From NCBI GenBank assembly GCA_902619825.1, contig CACNFT010000001.1, positions 265,534 to 329,533 on the forward strand: 64,000 nucleotides of DNA. Reading direction: 5' to 3'. This DNA comes from an uncultured Candidatus Actinomarina sp. (lineage in GTDB: Bacteria > Actinomycetota > Acidimicrobiia > Actinomarinales > Actinomarinaceae). The notes under the pieces are model-generated. The model was not told the DNA's origin. It made no database searches and worked only from the letters and a program-made list of their open reading frames with translations. Both the position numbers and the translations under genes were made by a program. Below, piece by piece: positions 1 to 10,512 of the stretch (the first letter of the stretch is position 1; every line of letters begins with the position of its first letter).

Positions 1-494
1 AAGATAAATTTAATTGTTGCATACCTTTTATTTTCACCACCCCATATACCCATTAGAAAATACATAGGTATCAACAATGCCTCAAAAAATATAAATAAGG
101 AGATTAAATCACCTGCTAAAAATACCCCATTTACTGAACCCTGAAGTAACATAATTGATCCAAGAAATCCTTTGCTCGAACCATGGTCTTGGTTTACAGA
201 AAGAATTGATAAAAGTACTAACAAACAATTCAATGAAATTAATAGAAAAGACATTCCAGAAAATCCAATTATTAAATCTATTCCGTAGGCAGTGATCCAA
301 GATATTGAATCTACTACAACAAAGCTTGTCTTTAGGTCTTGATTAATAAACATATAAAGACAGAGGCCTAGTGGAATTAAACTAAGAAAAATGCTTAACG
401 GTCTAAACAGCTCTCCTCTTCTTTTTGGAACCAAAAAAATAAAGATTGAATTAACAATAGGAAGGAGAATAAAACTATAAGCTAAACTTATCAA
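1..494 (-). CDS. nuoM: NADH-quinone oxidoreductase subunit M (5' part; runs off the window)
   Basis: Not in the ORF track. Manual translation is open from TTG at 494 (overlapping the nuoL stop) to the window edge: MISLAYSF...GDLISLFIFFEALLIPMYFLMGIWGGENKRYATIKFI, a typical NuoM motif. Follows nuoL. Confidence 0.93.
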   Translation of the reverse strand, partial: MISLAYSFILLPIVNSIFIFLVPKRRGELFRPLSIFLSLIPLGLCLYMFINQDLKTSFVVVDSISWITAYGIDLIIGFSGMSFLLISLNCLLVLLSILSVNQDHGSSKGFLGSIMLLQGSVNGVFLAGDLISLFIFFEALLIPMYFLMGIWGGENKRYATIKFI

Positions 495-2380
495 ATTAAT
501 ACTCCTGGTGAAAATAGATATATAACTATGAGTACCAACATAAAAAGACCGAAGTAAACAACATAGTTTCTAACTAATCCTGTTTGAGCTAAAGAAATCT
601 GCTGGGAAGACCTTAAAAATGACTTTGCGACTCCGTTTACAATTCCATCGATAGTCATGTTATCAACTGTAACGGCTACTTTCCTTGATAGAGTTTTTAA
701 GCCCCTGACAAATATTGCATTACCAACTTTGTTTAAGAAAAGAACTTCTTTTGATAAAAGTTTAATCTCACTTAAAAATGGGAGCTTAATTTTAAAATAA
801 GAAAAAATATCAAATATATAAATTAAGTAGGCAAGCCCAAGACCAGAAAAACCAGCACCAATTGACAACACAGCCAATATTGCCAAAGTGATACCTTCGG
901 GAAGATGAGTTACTTCTACACTTTTAAGTGTCTCATCTAAAACTTTTTCTAATCCATGAAAAAAAGGTGTATTAATAAACCCTATAAATATAGAAAATAT
1001 TCCAAGCAAAATTAATGGTCTTGTCATATTTTTTGGAGCTTCATGTATATTTTCAATATCACTAGTTGGTTCTTTCACAAATATTAATAACCAATGTCTT
1101 CCCATATAAAAGGCTGTCATAAATGCAGCTAATAGGGATAAAGCCCAAAATCCATAGTAAATGCCACCTCTAGAAAACACTGATGCAAGTATTTCATCTT
1201 TTGACCAAAATCCTGCCAAAGGAGGAATTCCGGATATAGCTAGTGTCCCTATTCCCATCATTGCAGCTGTGACTGGCATTTTCTTTCTTAATCCCCCCAT
1301 TTTGTATATATTTTGCTCATGATGCATTTCATGAATTACTGCCCCTGCTCCTAGAAACAAAAGTGCTTTAAAAAATGCGTGGGTAACAAGATGAAATATT
1401 GCTGCGACGTATGCTCCAGATCCAATAGCTATAAACATGAATCCAAGCTGTGAAATAGTTGAGTATGCTAAAACTTTTTTTATATCTTTTTGATTTATTG
1501 CAGCAAAAGCTGCAATTAAAGCAGTTAAGAGACCCATACTGATTATTATCAAGCTACTAAGTTCTGAAAATTGTAAAATTGGGGAAATTCTTACAAGCAT
1601 AAATACTCCAGCTGTAACCATTGTCGCCGCATGAATTAATGCACTTGCAGGTGTTGGTCCTTCCATTGCGTCTGGTAACCAGCTAAATAAAGGGAATTGA
1701 GCAGATTTTCCAAAAGCTCCTAAAAGTAAAAATACAATTATCACATCAAGATTTTCAGGTATAGTTTCCAATGATGATTCAAAAATTCTTAAAAAGTTAA
1801 AAGTTTGAAATTCGTTGAGTATCATCATTAGACCTATAAGGAAACCAAAATCCCCGATTCTATTCAAAATAAATGCTTTATTACCAGCTCTAGCAGCTGA
1901 TTTCTTCTCAGACCAAAATGAAATTAAGAGATAGGAACTTAGTCCTACAAGCTCCCAACCAAAAAACATAACTAAGAAATTTCCCGACAGGACAAGAAGT
2001 AACATTGAAAAAACAAAAAAATTAAAATATTCAAAATATTTTGTGTAATTTTCATCTTTACTCATATAAGAAGTTGAGAACAGCTGTATCACAAGACTAA
2101 GACCACAAATCAAAACCATCATAACTCCTGAAAGCCCATCTAAATAAAATTCAAAATTTATTTCTGGATTAGGAAACCATTGAAATAATTCAAACTTTAA
2201 TGGTTTGAATTTATCAAAAAAAATATAACCAAACAAAAAAAAAGATGTTGCTACCGAGAGCATCGCAGCATTTAAAGTAATAAAATTTGTAAGTAATTCA
2301 TTTAAAAATTTACCAATAACTTTTAAAAATAATGACGTAAGAAAAGGAATGAGAATTACGCCTAAGATTAAAATACCCAA
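491..2380 (-). CDS. nuoL: NADH-quinone oxidoreductase subunit L
   Basis: Motifs GWELVGLSSYLLI, GKSAQFPLFSWLPDAMEGPTPASALIHAATMV, THAFFKALLFL; operon position. Confidence 0.97.
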   Translation of the reverse strand: MGILILGVILIPFLTSLFLKVIGKFLNELLTNFITLNAAMLSVATSFFLFGYIFFDKFKPLKFELFQWFPNPEINFEFYLDGLSGVMMVLICGLSLVIQLFSTSYMSKDENYTKYFEYFNFFVFSMLLLVLSGNFLVMFFGWELVGLSSYLLISFWSEKKSAARAGNKAFILNRIGDFGFLIGLMMILNEFQTFNFLRIFESSLETIPENLDVIIVFLLLGAFGKSAQFPLFSWLPDAMEGPTPASALIHAATMVTAGVFMLVRISPILQFSELSSLIIISMGLLTALIAAFAAINQKDIKKVLAYSTISQLGFMFIAIGSGAYVAAIFHLVTHAFFKALLFLGAGAVIHEMHHEQNIYKMGGLRKKMPVTAAMMGIGTLAISGIPPLAGFWSKDEILASVFSRGGIYYGFWALSLLAAFMTAFYMGRHWLLIFVKEPTSDIENIHEAPKNMTRPLILLGIFSIFIGFINTPFFHGLEKVLDETLKSVEVTHLPEGITLAILAVLSIGAGFSGLGLAYLIYIFDIFSYFKIKLPFLSEIKLLSKEVLFLNKVGNAIFVRGLKTLSRKVAVTVDNMTIDGIVNGVAKSFLRSSQQISLAQTGLVRNYVVYFGLFMLVLIVIYLFSPGVLI

Positions 2381-2382
2381 AA

Positions 2383-2697
2383 CTACCCCTTAGAGGAACT
2401 TAACATATCAACTGACGCAGATTCTTGCTTTTTAAATATAGAAACAATAATTGCGAGACCCACCACTACCTCTGCAGCAGCAACAACAAGAACAAAAAAA
2501 ACTGCGATTTGTCCATCGACAGATCCAAGATGCTTCGACGCTGTAATAAAAGTTAAATTAACAGCATTTAGCATGAGCTCAATACACATAAACATTATCA
2601 ATGCATTTTTTCTTACCATCATTCCTAAAAAACCTATAGAAAAAAGGATTGCTGAAAGTGTTAGATACCAATCAGATGTTACTTCAATCATTGTCAC
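2383..2697 (-). CDS. nuoK: NADH-quinone oxidoreductase subunit K
   Basis: [12 protein letters not shown] and [12 protein letters not shown] motifs; true start may be the second Met (2691). Confidence 0.96.
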   Translation of the reverse strand: MTMIEVTSDWYLTLSAILFSIGFLGMMVRKNALIMFMCIELMLNAVNLTFITASKHLGSVDGQIAVFFVLVVAAAEVVVGLAIIVSIFKKQESASVDMLSSSKG

Positions 2698-3211
2698 TAC
2701 TTTGTTTAAATTCGTAGGCTAACGCTATAGCTGCAGTTGTAGCGACAATTAATAAAATAGATATTATTTCAAAGGGAAATACCCAAGAAGTGAATAATGC
2801 TGAGGCGAGTATTGCAGGTGTTCCCTCAAGTGAAATTTCTGATTGTGGAAATAATAAATTCCAATTCAATCCATTTTGTAAGCCAATAAAGACGACTACT
2901 GAAACTAATAAAATTAACGTGCCAGAAATTAATAATTTTTGTCCTTTAATTTGTTCTTTAGTTTGTTCGGGTTTATCAACACCAATCATCATGATTACGA
3001 AAAGAAACAACGTCATGACAGCACCAGCATAAACTAACATTTGGACCATCGCTACGAAAGTTGCATTAAGAGTTATGTATAAGATTGCGAGTGAAGTTAA
3101 TGTCAATACCAATCCCATTGCATTATGGACTGGGTTTTTTGCAAATACTACAATTAATGCTCCTAAAATTAACAATGATGCAGGTATCGCAAAAAGTAGT
3201 AATTCTATCAA
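2684..3211 (-). CDS. nuoJ: NADH-quinone oxidoreductase subunit J
   Basis: [34 protein letters not shown]. Confidence 0.96.
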   Translation of the reverse strand: MIELLLFAIPASLLILGALIVVFAKNPVHNAMGLVLTLTSLAILYITLNATFVAMVQMLVYAGAVMTLFLFVIMMIGVDKPEQTKEQIKGQKLLISGTLILLVSVVVFIGLQNGLNWNLLFPQSEISLEGTPAILASALFTSWVFPFEIISILLIVATTAAIALAYEFKQSSDND

Positions 3212-3212
3212 T

Positions 3213-3827
3213 CTATTCTTCCTCTAAAAATTGACCTTTTTCCGGATCTCTTTTTCCAACTCCCAATGACCCTGTCCAGCTTACTGTATTTTGATAATTG
3301 GGATTACCATTTGATGAGGTTGCTCTCATCCACCCATCTGAAGTTTTTAATTCATTAAAATTAGTTAATAATGTCTGTTTTTCGTGAGTGTTGGGCACGC
3401 CATCATCACCGACTAGTAAAACATCTTTATCAAATACTGCTTCATCACGAGATCCAACACTCATTTCAAACAACGAAGTCATTGTGATAGCTTCTGTTGG
3501 ACATGCTTCAACACATAATGCACAATAAATACATCTAAGCATATTAATTTCATAAATGAACCCATATCTCTCACCTGGACTAATTGGTTGTTCTTCGGGG
3601 TTATCCTCTCCTCTTACGTATATGCATTGTGCAGGACATACGCCAGCACATAACTCACAACCAATACATTTTTCCATTCCATCTTCATATTTATTAAGCA
3701 CATGTCTTCCATGGAATCTTTGTGGTTTTTTTCTAAACTCTTTTGGGTATTTATCAGTTACAGATTTTTTAAATAATTCTTTAAAGGTTACCTTTAAACC
3801 TTTTATTAAATCATATCCTGCGCTCAT
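3213..3827 (-). CDS. nuoI: NADH-quinone oxidoreductase subunit I
   Basis: Two CxxCxxCxxxCP ferredoxin motifs (CIGCELCAGVCP, CIYCALCVEACP) and RFHGRH. Start moved to ATG 3827 (MSAGYD) to avoid the nuoH overlap. Confidence 0.95.
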   Translation of the reverse strand: MSAGYDLIKGLKVTFKELFKKSVTDKYPKEFRKKPQRFHGRHVLNKYEDGMEKCIGCELCAGVCPAQCIYVRGEDNPEEQPISPGERYGFIYEINMLRCIYCALCVEACPTEAITMTSLFEMSVGSRDEAVFDKDVLLVGDDGVPNTHEKQTLLTNFNELKTSDGWMRATSSNGNPNYQNTVSWTGSLGVGKRDPEKGQFLEEE

Positions 3828-3834
3828 TATCCTA

Positions 3835-4932
3835 TTAACTCCAAGGTAATCCAAAATCTCTAATGCCAAGAACAATTGCAGAAAGCATTAGCCATATGAG
3901 TGAGATAGGAATAAGTCTTTTCCATCCTAACTCCATTAGTTGGTCATATCTTAATCTAGGCAATGTTGCCCTGATCCAAAAATAAACAAATAATAATCCA
4001 AAAGTTTTTAAACCTAACCATATGGTTGGCATAAGTGCAGATAAAAATTGGGGTAAAACTCCCTCAAAAGTTGGACCCAACCAGCCACCTAAGAAGAACG
4101 TAGCTGTGATTGCACACATATTAAACATATTTATATATTCAGCTAAAAAAAACATTGCAAATCTAAATCCTGAATACTCAGTATGAAAACCTCCAACCAA
4201 TTCTTGTTCTGCTTCCACAAGATCAAATGGAGCTCTATTTACTTCTGCAATTGAGGCTACAAAGAAAATTCCAAATGCTAAAAATTGTGGAAAAATATTC
4301 CAGTTTGGTATGAAGCTTACAATTGAATCAACTATTGGAATTGTGCTTGATAAATTTCCAGCTTGACTTTCAACGATCTTTGTCATTGACATTGATCCTG
4401 AATACAAAATTACAGGTACAAGAGAAAGTCCCATTGCAGCTTCGTAAGATATCATTTGAGCAGATGCTCTTACCCCTCCAAGTAAGGGATACTTTGATCC
4501 AGAAGACCATCCAGCTAAAACAACGCTATATACTGCCAATGAGCTTATCGCTAGAAAGAATAAAACACCTACATTTATATCGGCACCAACCATGTCTATA
4601 AATTTAGTTTCACCACCAAGGGTCAATTCAAAACCTGGACCTAAAGGAATAATCATAAAAATTAAAAAAGATGGAACCAGTGCAATAATTGGAGCTAATA
4701 AATACATGGCTTTATCAGCTTTCATTGGTAAAATTTGTTCCTTTAACAGAAGCTTTATGGCGTCGGCTAGAGTTTGTAAAATTCCAAAAGGACCAGCTCT
4801 ATCAGGGCCCACTCTTGATTGCATTCCTGCTACAACTTTTCTTTCAAGCCAAATAAGAATAATTGTATTTGTAAGCAAAAGACCCAGAACTAAAAGTGGT
4901 TTAATTAGTGCAAGAATTATCTCAGCTGACAT
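3835..4932 (-). CDS. nuoH: NADH-quinone oxidoreductase subunit H
   Basis: WLERK..AGMQSRVGP, AQMISYE, RAPFDLVEAEQELVGGFHTEYSG, PRLRYDQLM. Confidence 0.97.
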   Translation of the reverse strand: MSAEIILALIKPLLVLGLLLTNTIILIWLERKVVAGMQSRVGPDRAGPFGILQTLADAIKLLLKEQILPMKADKAMYLLAPIIALVPSFLIFMIIPLGPGFELTLGGETKFIDMVGADINVGVLFFLAISSLAVYSVVLAGWSSGSKYPLLGGVRASAQMISYEAAMGLSLVPVILYSGSMSMTKIVESQAGNLSSTIPIVDSIVSFIPNWNIFPQFLAFGIFFVASIAEVNRAPFDLVEAEQELVGGFHTEYSGFRFAMFFLAEYINMFNMCAITATFFLGGWLGPTFEGVLPQFLSALMPTIWLGLKTFGLLFVYFWIRATLPRLRYDQLMELGWKRLIPISLIWLMLSAIVLGIRDFGLPWS

Positions 4933-7252
4933 TTAATTGCTCCCTACTTTTAGCTACCTCGAGCTCAACTTTTTTCTCCGGATTTATATTTTGAAAACCT
5001 CTCCTATTTATTGGTACAACTAAAAGATTGTCTGGAAGGTTATCGTTAATATTTACATTCACCTGAACAGAGATTTCACCCTGTATCAGGGTTACAACGT
5101 CAGAATAAAGCATATAAGAACCAAAGTAGGTAGCCGAATTCATTTCAATAAATCTTTCCGAGCTCAACATAGATATTGAAGGAGAATTTATTTGTGTTGA
5201 GGAGTCCCCATAAAGTCTGTGAACAAATAATATCTCAAGATTTGTCGAATCAACATTTTCGATATTAATGTTGATTGTCTTTGAGTTAAGAACTCCATTT
5301 AGATTAGATGGTTTATTTAGGTTATCAAAGGATGGAATATTGTCTTCATCTAAATAATCTTTACACAATAAAGCATTCAATTGAGTTTCAGAATCATATA
5401 CTTGTTCTAAATTAATTTTTTTTGATAATGTCAGTAAATATTCCCATTCATTCAATGAGGATCCAGGGGGAGGTAAAATTTTATTCTGCATAAGGGTTCT
5501 CATTTCAAGGTTTGTAAATGTTCCTTCCTTTTCCCCAAGTGAAGTTGTTGGAAGAATAATATCCGATAATTCAGTTGTTTCATTTTTAAATAAATCCATA
5601 GATACAACAAAATCAGCATTAACAAGGGAATCTTTTATTTTTAGACTATAAATAGAGTTATTTACTGGATTAGCACCAATAGTAAATACAATATTTCTTT
5701 TACTTATATCAAATTCATTTACAAACTCATTTAGACCTTTAACAAGATTTAAATTTTGTAATGCACCAAATGTATTACCTTTTGAAAAACAATTGAGAAT
5801 TTTTAAATTTGAATTTGCTTCTAAATATTGAATCAATTCTGAAATTGGATTTGTATTTTGTAATGGAGAAGCTTTACCCACGATTGCTATGACCTCTTTA
5901 CCATCTATATGTCTAGAGAAATTTGGTATATCAGATATGTTTACATTAAATTCAAAATTATTTGTTACTATATCTCCACCAAAATATTCTTCTGCAATAT
6001 CTTTAATAGCGGTATTTGTGTGGCCAAATATTAATAATTTCTTTCCATTTCTTACTGCTTGCTTAATTCTTAAATACAAGGTTGGCAGGTTGTCTTTAAT
6101 GTCTTGAGCCCATAAGACTATTGTGTCAGCTGAATCTAAATCTTTAATCTCTGCAAGTGAATGATCCCCATTAAAAAAACCACTATATAAATAATCATCA
6201 CTTAAATAAATATCAATGTTGCCAAATGTATTTTCAACTTTTTTAAGGTTTTCAGCAAAATTATTCAATGCAAAATACTCTTCGTTGGTACTGTTGTGAC
6301 CAACAATAAAGCTTATGTTTGGGTCGCCACCTTTCAATATTTCATTACTTATTAGATCCATAGCTTCATTTATGTTTGGTTTTTTGCTTGAATTTTTAAC
6401 AATTAAAGGTTCTTCAATTCTTTTTTCTGAGTGTAAATATTCAAAGTTATACCTACCTTTGTCTGATAGCCATCCTTGGTTTGTAAACTCATTGTCCTCA
6501 CCTAAAATCCTAAGCATCTTATTTTGTGATACATTTAATTCAATTGAACAACCAACCGAAGAACAATTTGAAGTTGACGATACTTTTTTTAAGTCCCATG
6601 GACGTGCTTTAAATCTATAGGATGTTGATGTAAGAGCACCCACTGGACAAATTTGTACTGTGTTACCTGAGAAATACGATCTAAATGGCTCATCAGGAAA
6701 AGTATTTACTTGTGTCTTATTTCCTCTTTGAATAAATTCAATTAGAGGATCTCCTGATATTTCATCAGAGAATCTAGTGCAACGAGCACATAAAATACAC
6801 CTCTCTCTGTCAAGCAAAATTATTTCAGAAATTGGAATAGGTTTCTCAAAATGTCTTTTATCTTCAACAAATCTTGATTCTCCCGGTCCATATGCCATTG
6901 TTTGGTCTTGTAATGGACATTCTCCCGCTTTATCACAAACTGGACAGTCTAAGGGATGGTTTATTAGTAAAAACTCTAGAACTCCTTCTTGAGCTTTTTT
7001 TACAACTTCAGATTCAGTTTCAACTACTAGATCTTCCGAGACTTTGGTTGTACATGATGGGACAAGGGCTTTACCTCTTGGAGTTTCTATCTCCACTAAG
7101 CACATACGACACATTCCAACAGGATCCATGCGTTTATGCCAGCAAAACCTTGGTATATGAATACCTGAGTCTTCACAAGCCTCAATAATTAGTTGGTCAG
7201 GTTTTGAACTTATTTCAGAACCATTGACATTTATTTTTATTTGATCTGTCAT
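4922..7252 (-). CDS. nuoG: NADH-quinone oxidoreductase subunit G
   Basis: IPRFCWH, GMCRMCLVE, NHPLDCPVCDKAGECPLQD, RCILCARC; C-terminal molybdopterin-like fold (EKEGTFTN). Confidence 0.95.
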   Translation of the reverse strand: MTDQIKINVNGSEISSKPDQLIIEACEDSGIHIPRFCWHKRMDPVGMCRMCLVEIETPRGKALVPSCTTKVSEDLVVETESEVVKKAQEGVLEFLLINHPLDCPVCDKAGECPLQDQTMAYGPGESRFVEDKRHFEKPIPISEIILLDRERCILCARCTRFSDEISGDPLIEFIQRGNKTQVNTFPDEPFRSYFSGNTVQICPVGALTSTSYRFKARPWDLKKVSSTSNCSSVGCSIELNVSQNKMLRILGEDNEFTNQGWLSDKGRYNFEYLHSEKRIEEPLIVKNSSKKPNINEAMDLISNEILKGGDPNISFIVGHNSTNEEYFALNNFAENLKKVENTFGNIDIYLSDDYLYSGFFNGDHSLAEIKDLDSADTIVLWAQDIKDNLPTLYLRIKQAVRNGKKLLIFGHTNTAIKDIAEEYFGGDIVTNNFEFNVNISDIPNFSRHIDGKEVIAIVGKASPLQNTNPISELIQYLEANSNLKILNCFSKGNTFGALQNLNLVKGLNEFVNEFDISKRNIVFTIGANPVNNSIYSLKIKDSLVNADFVVSMDLFKNETTELSDIILPTTSLGEKEGTFTNLEMRTLMQNKILPPPGSSLNEWEYLLTLSKKINLEQVYDSETQLNALLCKDYLDEDNIPSFDNLNKPSNLNGVLNSKTININIENVDSTNLEILFVHRLYGDSSTQINSPSISMLSSERFIEMNSATYFGSYMLYSDVVTLIQGEISVQVNVNINDNLPDNLLVVPINRRGFQNINPEKKVELEVAKSREQLNVS

Positions 7253-8544
7253 TGTGTGATTGGAATTTTTGTAGGAATCATATTTGTTATTTCATCTGAA
7301 AAATTATTTAGTAACGAAGTTATTGGAGATACAGCTGATGGACCAAGTGGACATATTGTTGTCATTTTTGGTGGCCAATCTAGCCCAGGTGAAATGTTGT
7401 CACAAATATCAATCAACAAACTAATGTCAGAAAGCCTGCCTCTACCACTAGCAATTCTTTCTAAAATCATTTCTAGCCATGTTGTCCCTTCTCTACACGG
7501 AGTACACTGACCACATGATTCATGAGCAAAAAAACTTACGATACTTTTTGCTGCATAAACTAAATTTGTATCTTCATCCATTACAACTACTGCACCCGAA
7601 CCCAGCATTGAACCGGCGTTTGCTACATCATCAATTGTCATTTTTATATCTAACTGATCTCCAGTGAACCATGGTGCTGAAGCTCCCCCAGGAATATAGG
7701 CTTTTACACTTTTATTATTTTTGATTCCGTTTCCGAATGTATCGATAAATTCTCCAAAGCTTTTTCCCATCTCTATTTCAAAATTTCCTGGATTATTTAC
7801 ATGACCTGATAAACTAAATATTCTTGTTCCAGTTGAGCCTTCAACACCAAGTTTTGAATACTCTTTTCCGGAGTTTTGTACTATCCAAGGGACTGAAGAT
7901 ATTGTTTCAACATTATTTACAAGTGTTGGTTTGTTATATAAACCCATTACAGCTGGGAAATAAGGTGGCTTCAATCTTGGCTCACCTCTCTTACCCTCTA
8001 AAGAATTCAATAGAGCTGTTTCCTCACCACATATATATGCACCAGCTCCAAGATGTACAACAACATCTAAAGAGAAATTCGTTCCTAAAATATTATTTCC
8101 CAAATATCCCTTTTCATAAGCTTGCTTGACTGCATCCTGTACTCTTCTTGCAGGTTTTGCATATTCACCTCTTATGTAGATAAAAGCTTTTTTAATGTTT
8201 GACGCAAAACAAGTGATTATTACACCTTCAATTAATTGGTGTGGATCTCTTTCAAGTAAAATTCTGTCTTTAAATGTACCGGGTTCAGATTCGTCTCCAT
8301 TAATTACAAGATATCTGTCTTCATTTTCTGCTAAAAAACCCCATTTTACTCCTGTTGGAAATCCTGCTCCTCCACGACCTCTAATATTTGAATTTTTTAT
8401 TTCATTGATAACATCTTCAGGATTATCTTCTTTTAAAACTTTTTTTAGTGCTCTGTAGCCATTATTTTTCTCATAAGTTTCGATAAGATGACTATCTTCA
8501 GGATATTCACGCATATGCTTTGTCAGTAATAAAGTTTCTTTCAT
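7249..8544 (-). CDS. nuoF: NADH-quinone oxidoreductase subunit F
   Basis: RGRGGAGFPTGVKW, NGDESEPGTFKDR, GAGAYICGEETAL, ESCGQCTPCREG. Confidence 0.97.
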   Translation of the reverse strand: MKETLLLTKHMREYPEDSHLIETYEKNNGYRALKKVLKEDNPEDVINEIKNSNIRGRGGAGFPTGVKWGFLAENEDRYLVINGDESEPGTFKDRILLERDPHQLIEGVIITCFASNIKKAFIYIRGEYAKPARRVQDAVKQAYEKGYLGNNILGTNFSLDVVVHLGAGAYICGEETALLNSLEGKRGEPRLKPPYFPAVMGLYNKPTLVNNVETISSVPWIVQNSGKEYSKLGVEGSTGTRIFSLSGHVNNPGNFEIEMGKSFGEFIDTFGNGIKNNKSVKAYIPGGASAPWFTGDQLDIKMTIDDVANAGSMLGSGAVVVMDEDTNLVYAAKSIVSFFAHESCGQCTPCREGTTWLEMILERIASGRGRLSDISLLIDICDNISPGLDWPPKMTTICPLGPSAVSPITSLLNNFSDEITNMIPTKIPITQ

Positions 8545-9158
8545 AAGTTTTTTTCCTTTGCAGTTCCTATATTTTGAAATCCTGGAACAGAATAAGATGA
8601 ACCTGTATTATCTTTAATTGCCCAGTCAAATGATTTTACGCCTCCAAATTTTTCTTGAAGTTCATCGGCTACAACTAATTCTGGTCGTTCTTCTTTAAGC
8701 CATTCACACATTTGGAGTGACTTTTCTGGTGTCAATCCTTCAACTGTTTCATAATTAACTTGTACAGCTGGGGCTCCTCCACAGGCTCCAATACATTCAA
8801 CTTCCTCAAAAGTAAAAACTTTATCATTATCAGTTTCGTAATTTTCTAACCCTGTAAAATTTTTGACAGAATCTATCACGCTTCTTGAATCATTTATTTC
8901 GCAGGAAATTGATTTACATACACTTAATAAATACTTTCCAGTTTGCTCTTCTTTATACATTGAATAAAAAGATGCAACTGACTTTACTTGTACTTCGGTA
9001 ATGCCCACAAGATTGCTTATTTGTATAATTGAATCATTAGATATATAACCATCCTTTTCTTGTGCTAAATATAAAAGTGGCCCGAGAGCAGATCTTTTTT
9101 CAGGATAGAGTTCAATTATTTCATTAGCTTTATCAATCAATTCTTTCTCCCAACTCAT
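8541..9158 (-). CDS. nuoE: NADH-quinone oxidoreductase subunit E
   Basis: VASFYSMY; 2Fe-2S ligands VCKSISC and ECIGAC. Confidence 0.96.
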   Translation of the reverse strand: MSWEKELIDKANEIIELYPEKRSALGPLLYLAQEKDGYISNDSIIQISNLVGITEVQVKSVASFYSMYKEEQTGKYLLSVCKSISCEINDSRSVIDSVKNFTGLENYETDNDKVFTFEEVECIGACGGAPAVQVNYETVEGLTPEKSLQMCEWLKEERPELVVADELQEKFGGVKSFDWAIKDNTGSSYSVPGFQNIGTAKEKNL

Positions 9159-10510
9159 CTGTCTACATCTCCTAAGACTGGATCTAAAGATGCTATTGCA
9201 GCGACTGCATCAGCAATTGGGCTATCGGACATTACTACTGGTAAAGCCTGAAGATTGCAAAAGGAAGGCCCTCTAACGTGCATTCTGTAGGGTTTTGATG
9301 AACCGTCCGATACTATAAAGCAACCCAACTCTCCTCGAGGTGACTCAACTGTGGTGTACACTTGTCCTTCTGGAACTTTAAAACCTTCAGTATATATTTT
9401 GAAATGATGAATCAAGGCTTCCATAGACTCATCTAATCTTTTTCTTGGTGGAGGAGTAATTTTTTTATCTTGAATTTTATATGGGCCTTTTGGCATATTT
9501 TCCATAGCTTGCTGAACAATCTTTAAACTTTCAAAAATTTCTAAGACTTTGATTCTCCACCTTGCAAAAACATCTCCTTCTTCGAAAACAGGAATGTCAA
9601 ACTCATACTTATCTATACCTGAATATGGTTGCATTTTTCTTAAGTCCCAAGCATACCCGCTGGCTCTGAGACTTGGTCCAGTAACACCATATGCCAAACA
9701 TTCTTCAGTAGTCAAAATCCCAACATTTTTTAATCTTCCTTGCCAAATTGGATTATCCAAAAGCATTTCATCATAGTCTTTTAGCTTTTCAGGTATAATC
9801 TTTAAAATTTCTTCTACATCTTTTTGCCAATTATCTGGTAAGTCAGCTGCTACACCGCCAGGTCTTATATAGTTATGATTCATTCTTAAACCTGTGGTCT
9901 TCTCAAAAAAATCTAGAATTAATTCTCTTTCTCTAAATCCAAAAATCATCATTGATAATGCCCCAATATCCATTCCACCAGTTGCTAATGCAACAAGATG
10001 TGATGAAATTCGATTTAGTTCTGTCATCAATATTCTTATGGTTGAAGCTCTGTCTGGAACTTCAAGTTCTAGTAGGCTTTCAGTTGCTAGTGAAAAGACA
10101 AGTTCATTGAAAAAAGGTGAGAGATAATCCATTCGAGTGGTGTTGGTAGGTCCTTGAAAGTAATTAAGTTCTTCACCTGTTTTTTCCATTCCAGTATGAA
10201 GATATCCAATTACCGGCTGAACTCTTCTAACTACTTCTCCCTCAAGTTCAACTTGCAATCTTAAGACACCGTGTGTTGATGGATGTTGAGGTCCCATATT
10301 TAATATCATTCTTTCATCATCAGAAATATCATCTTGAATAAAATAATCATCAATAACTTCAGATCCCATCTGGATTTTAGTTGTAGTTTCGTCTTCATCT
10401 TCTAACATTTTTTGGGAACCTTCATCAGTTGATGAAATGTTCCACCCACCTTCTTCGGAGTTGGTAGCCCAAAAGTCTACATCTTTTAAAATTTCGTTAT
10501 TTTCTTCCAC
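9155..10510 (-). CDS. nuoD: NADH-quinone oxidoreductase subunit D
   Basis: NMGPQHPSTHGVLRL, GYLHTGMEK, ESPRGELG, C-terminal GDVDR. Confidence 0.97.
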   Translation of the reverse strand: MEENNEILKDVDFWATNSEEGGWNISSTDEGSQKMLEDEDETTTKIQMGSEVIDDYFIQDDISDDERMILNMGPQHPSTHGVLRLQVELEGEVVRRVQPVIGYLHTGMEKTGEELNYFQGPTNTTRMDYLSPFFNELVFSLATESLLELEVPDRASTIRILMTELNRISSHLVALATGGMDIGALSMMIFGFRERELILDFFEKTTGLRMNHNYIRPGGVAADLPDNWQKDVEEILKIIPEKLKDYDEMLLDNPIWQGRLKNVGILTTEECLAYGVTGPSLRASGYAWDLRKMQPYSGIDKYEFDIPVFEEGDVFARWRIKVLEIFESLKIVQQAMENMPKGPYKIQDKKITPPPRKRLDESMEALIHHFKIYTEGFKVPEGQVYTTVESPRGELGCFIVSDGSSKPYRMHVRGPSFCNLQALPVVMSDSPIADAVAAIASLDPVLGDVDR

Positions 10511-10512
10511 AA

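Noticed and set aside
109..300. 63-aa ORF on the minus strand
   Set aside because: Alternate frame inside nuoM, whose true frame is open from 494 to the window edge.
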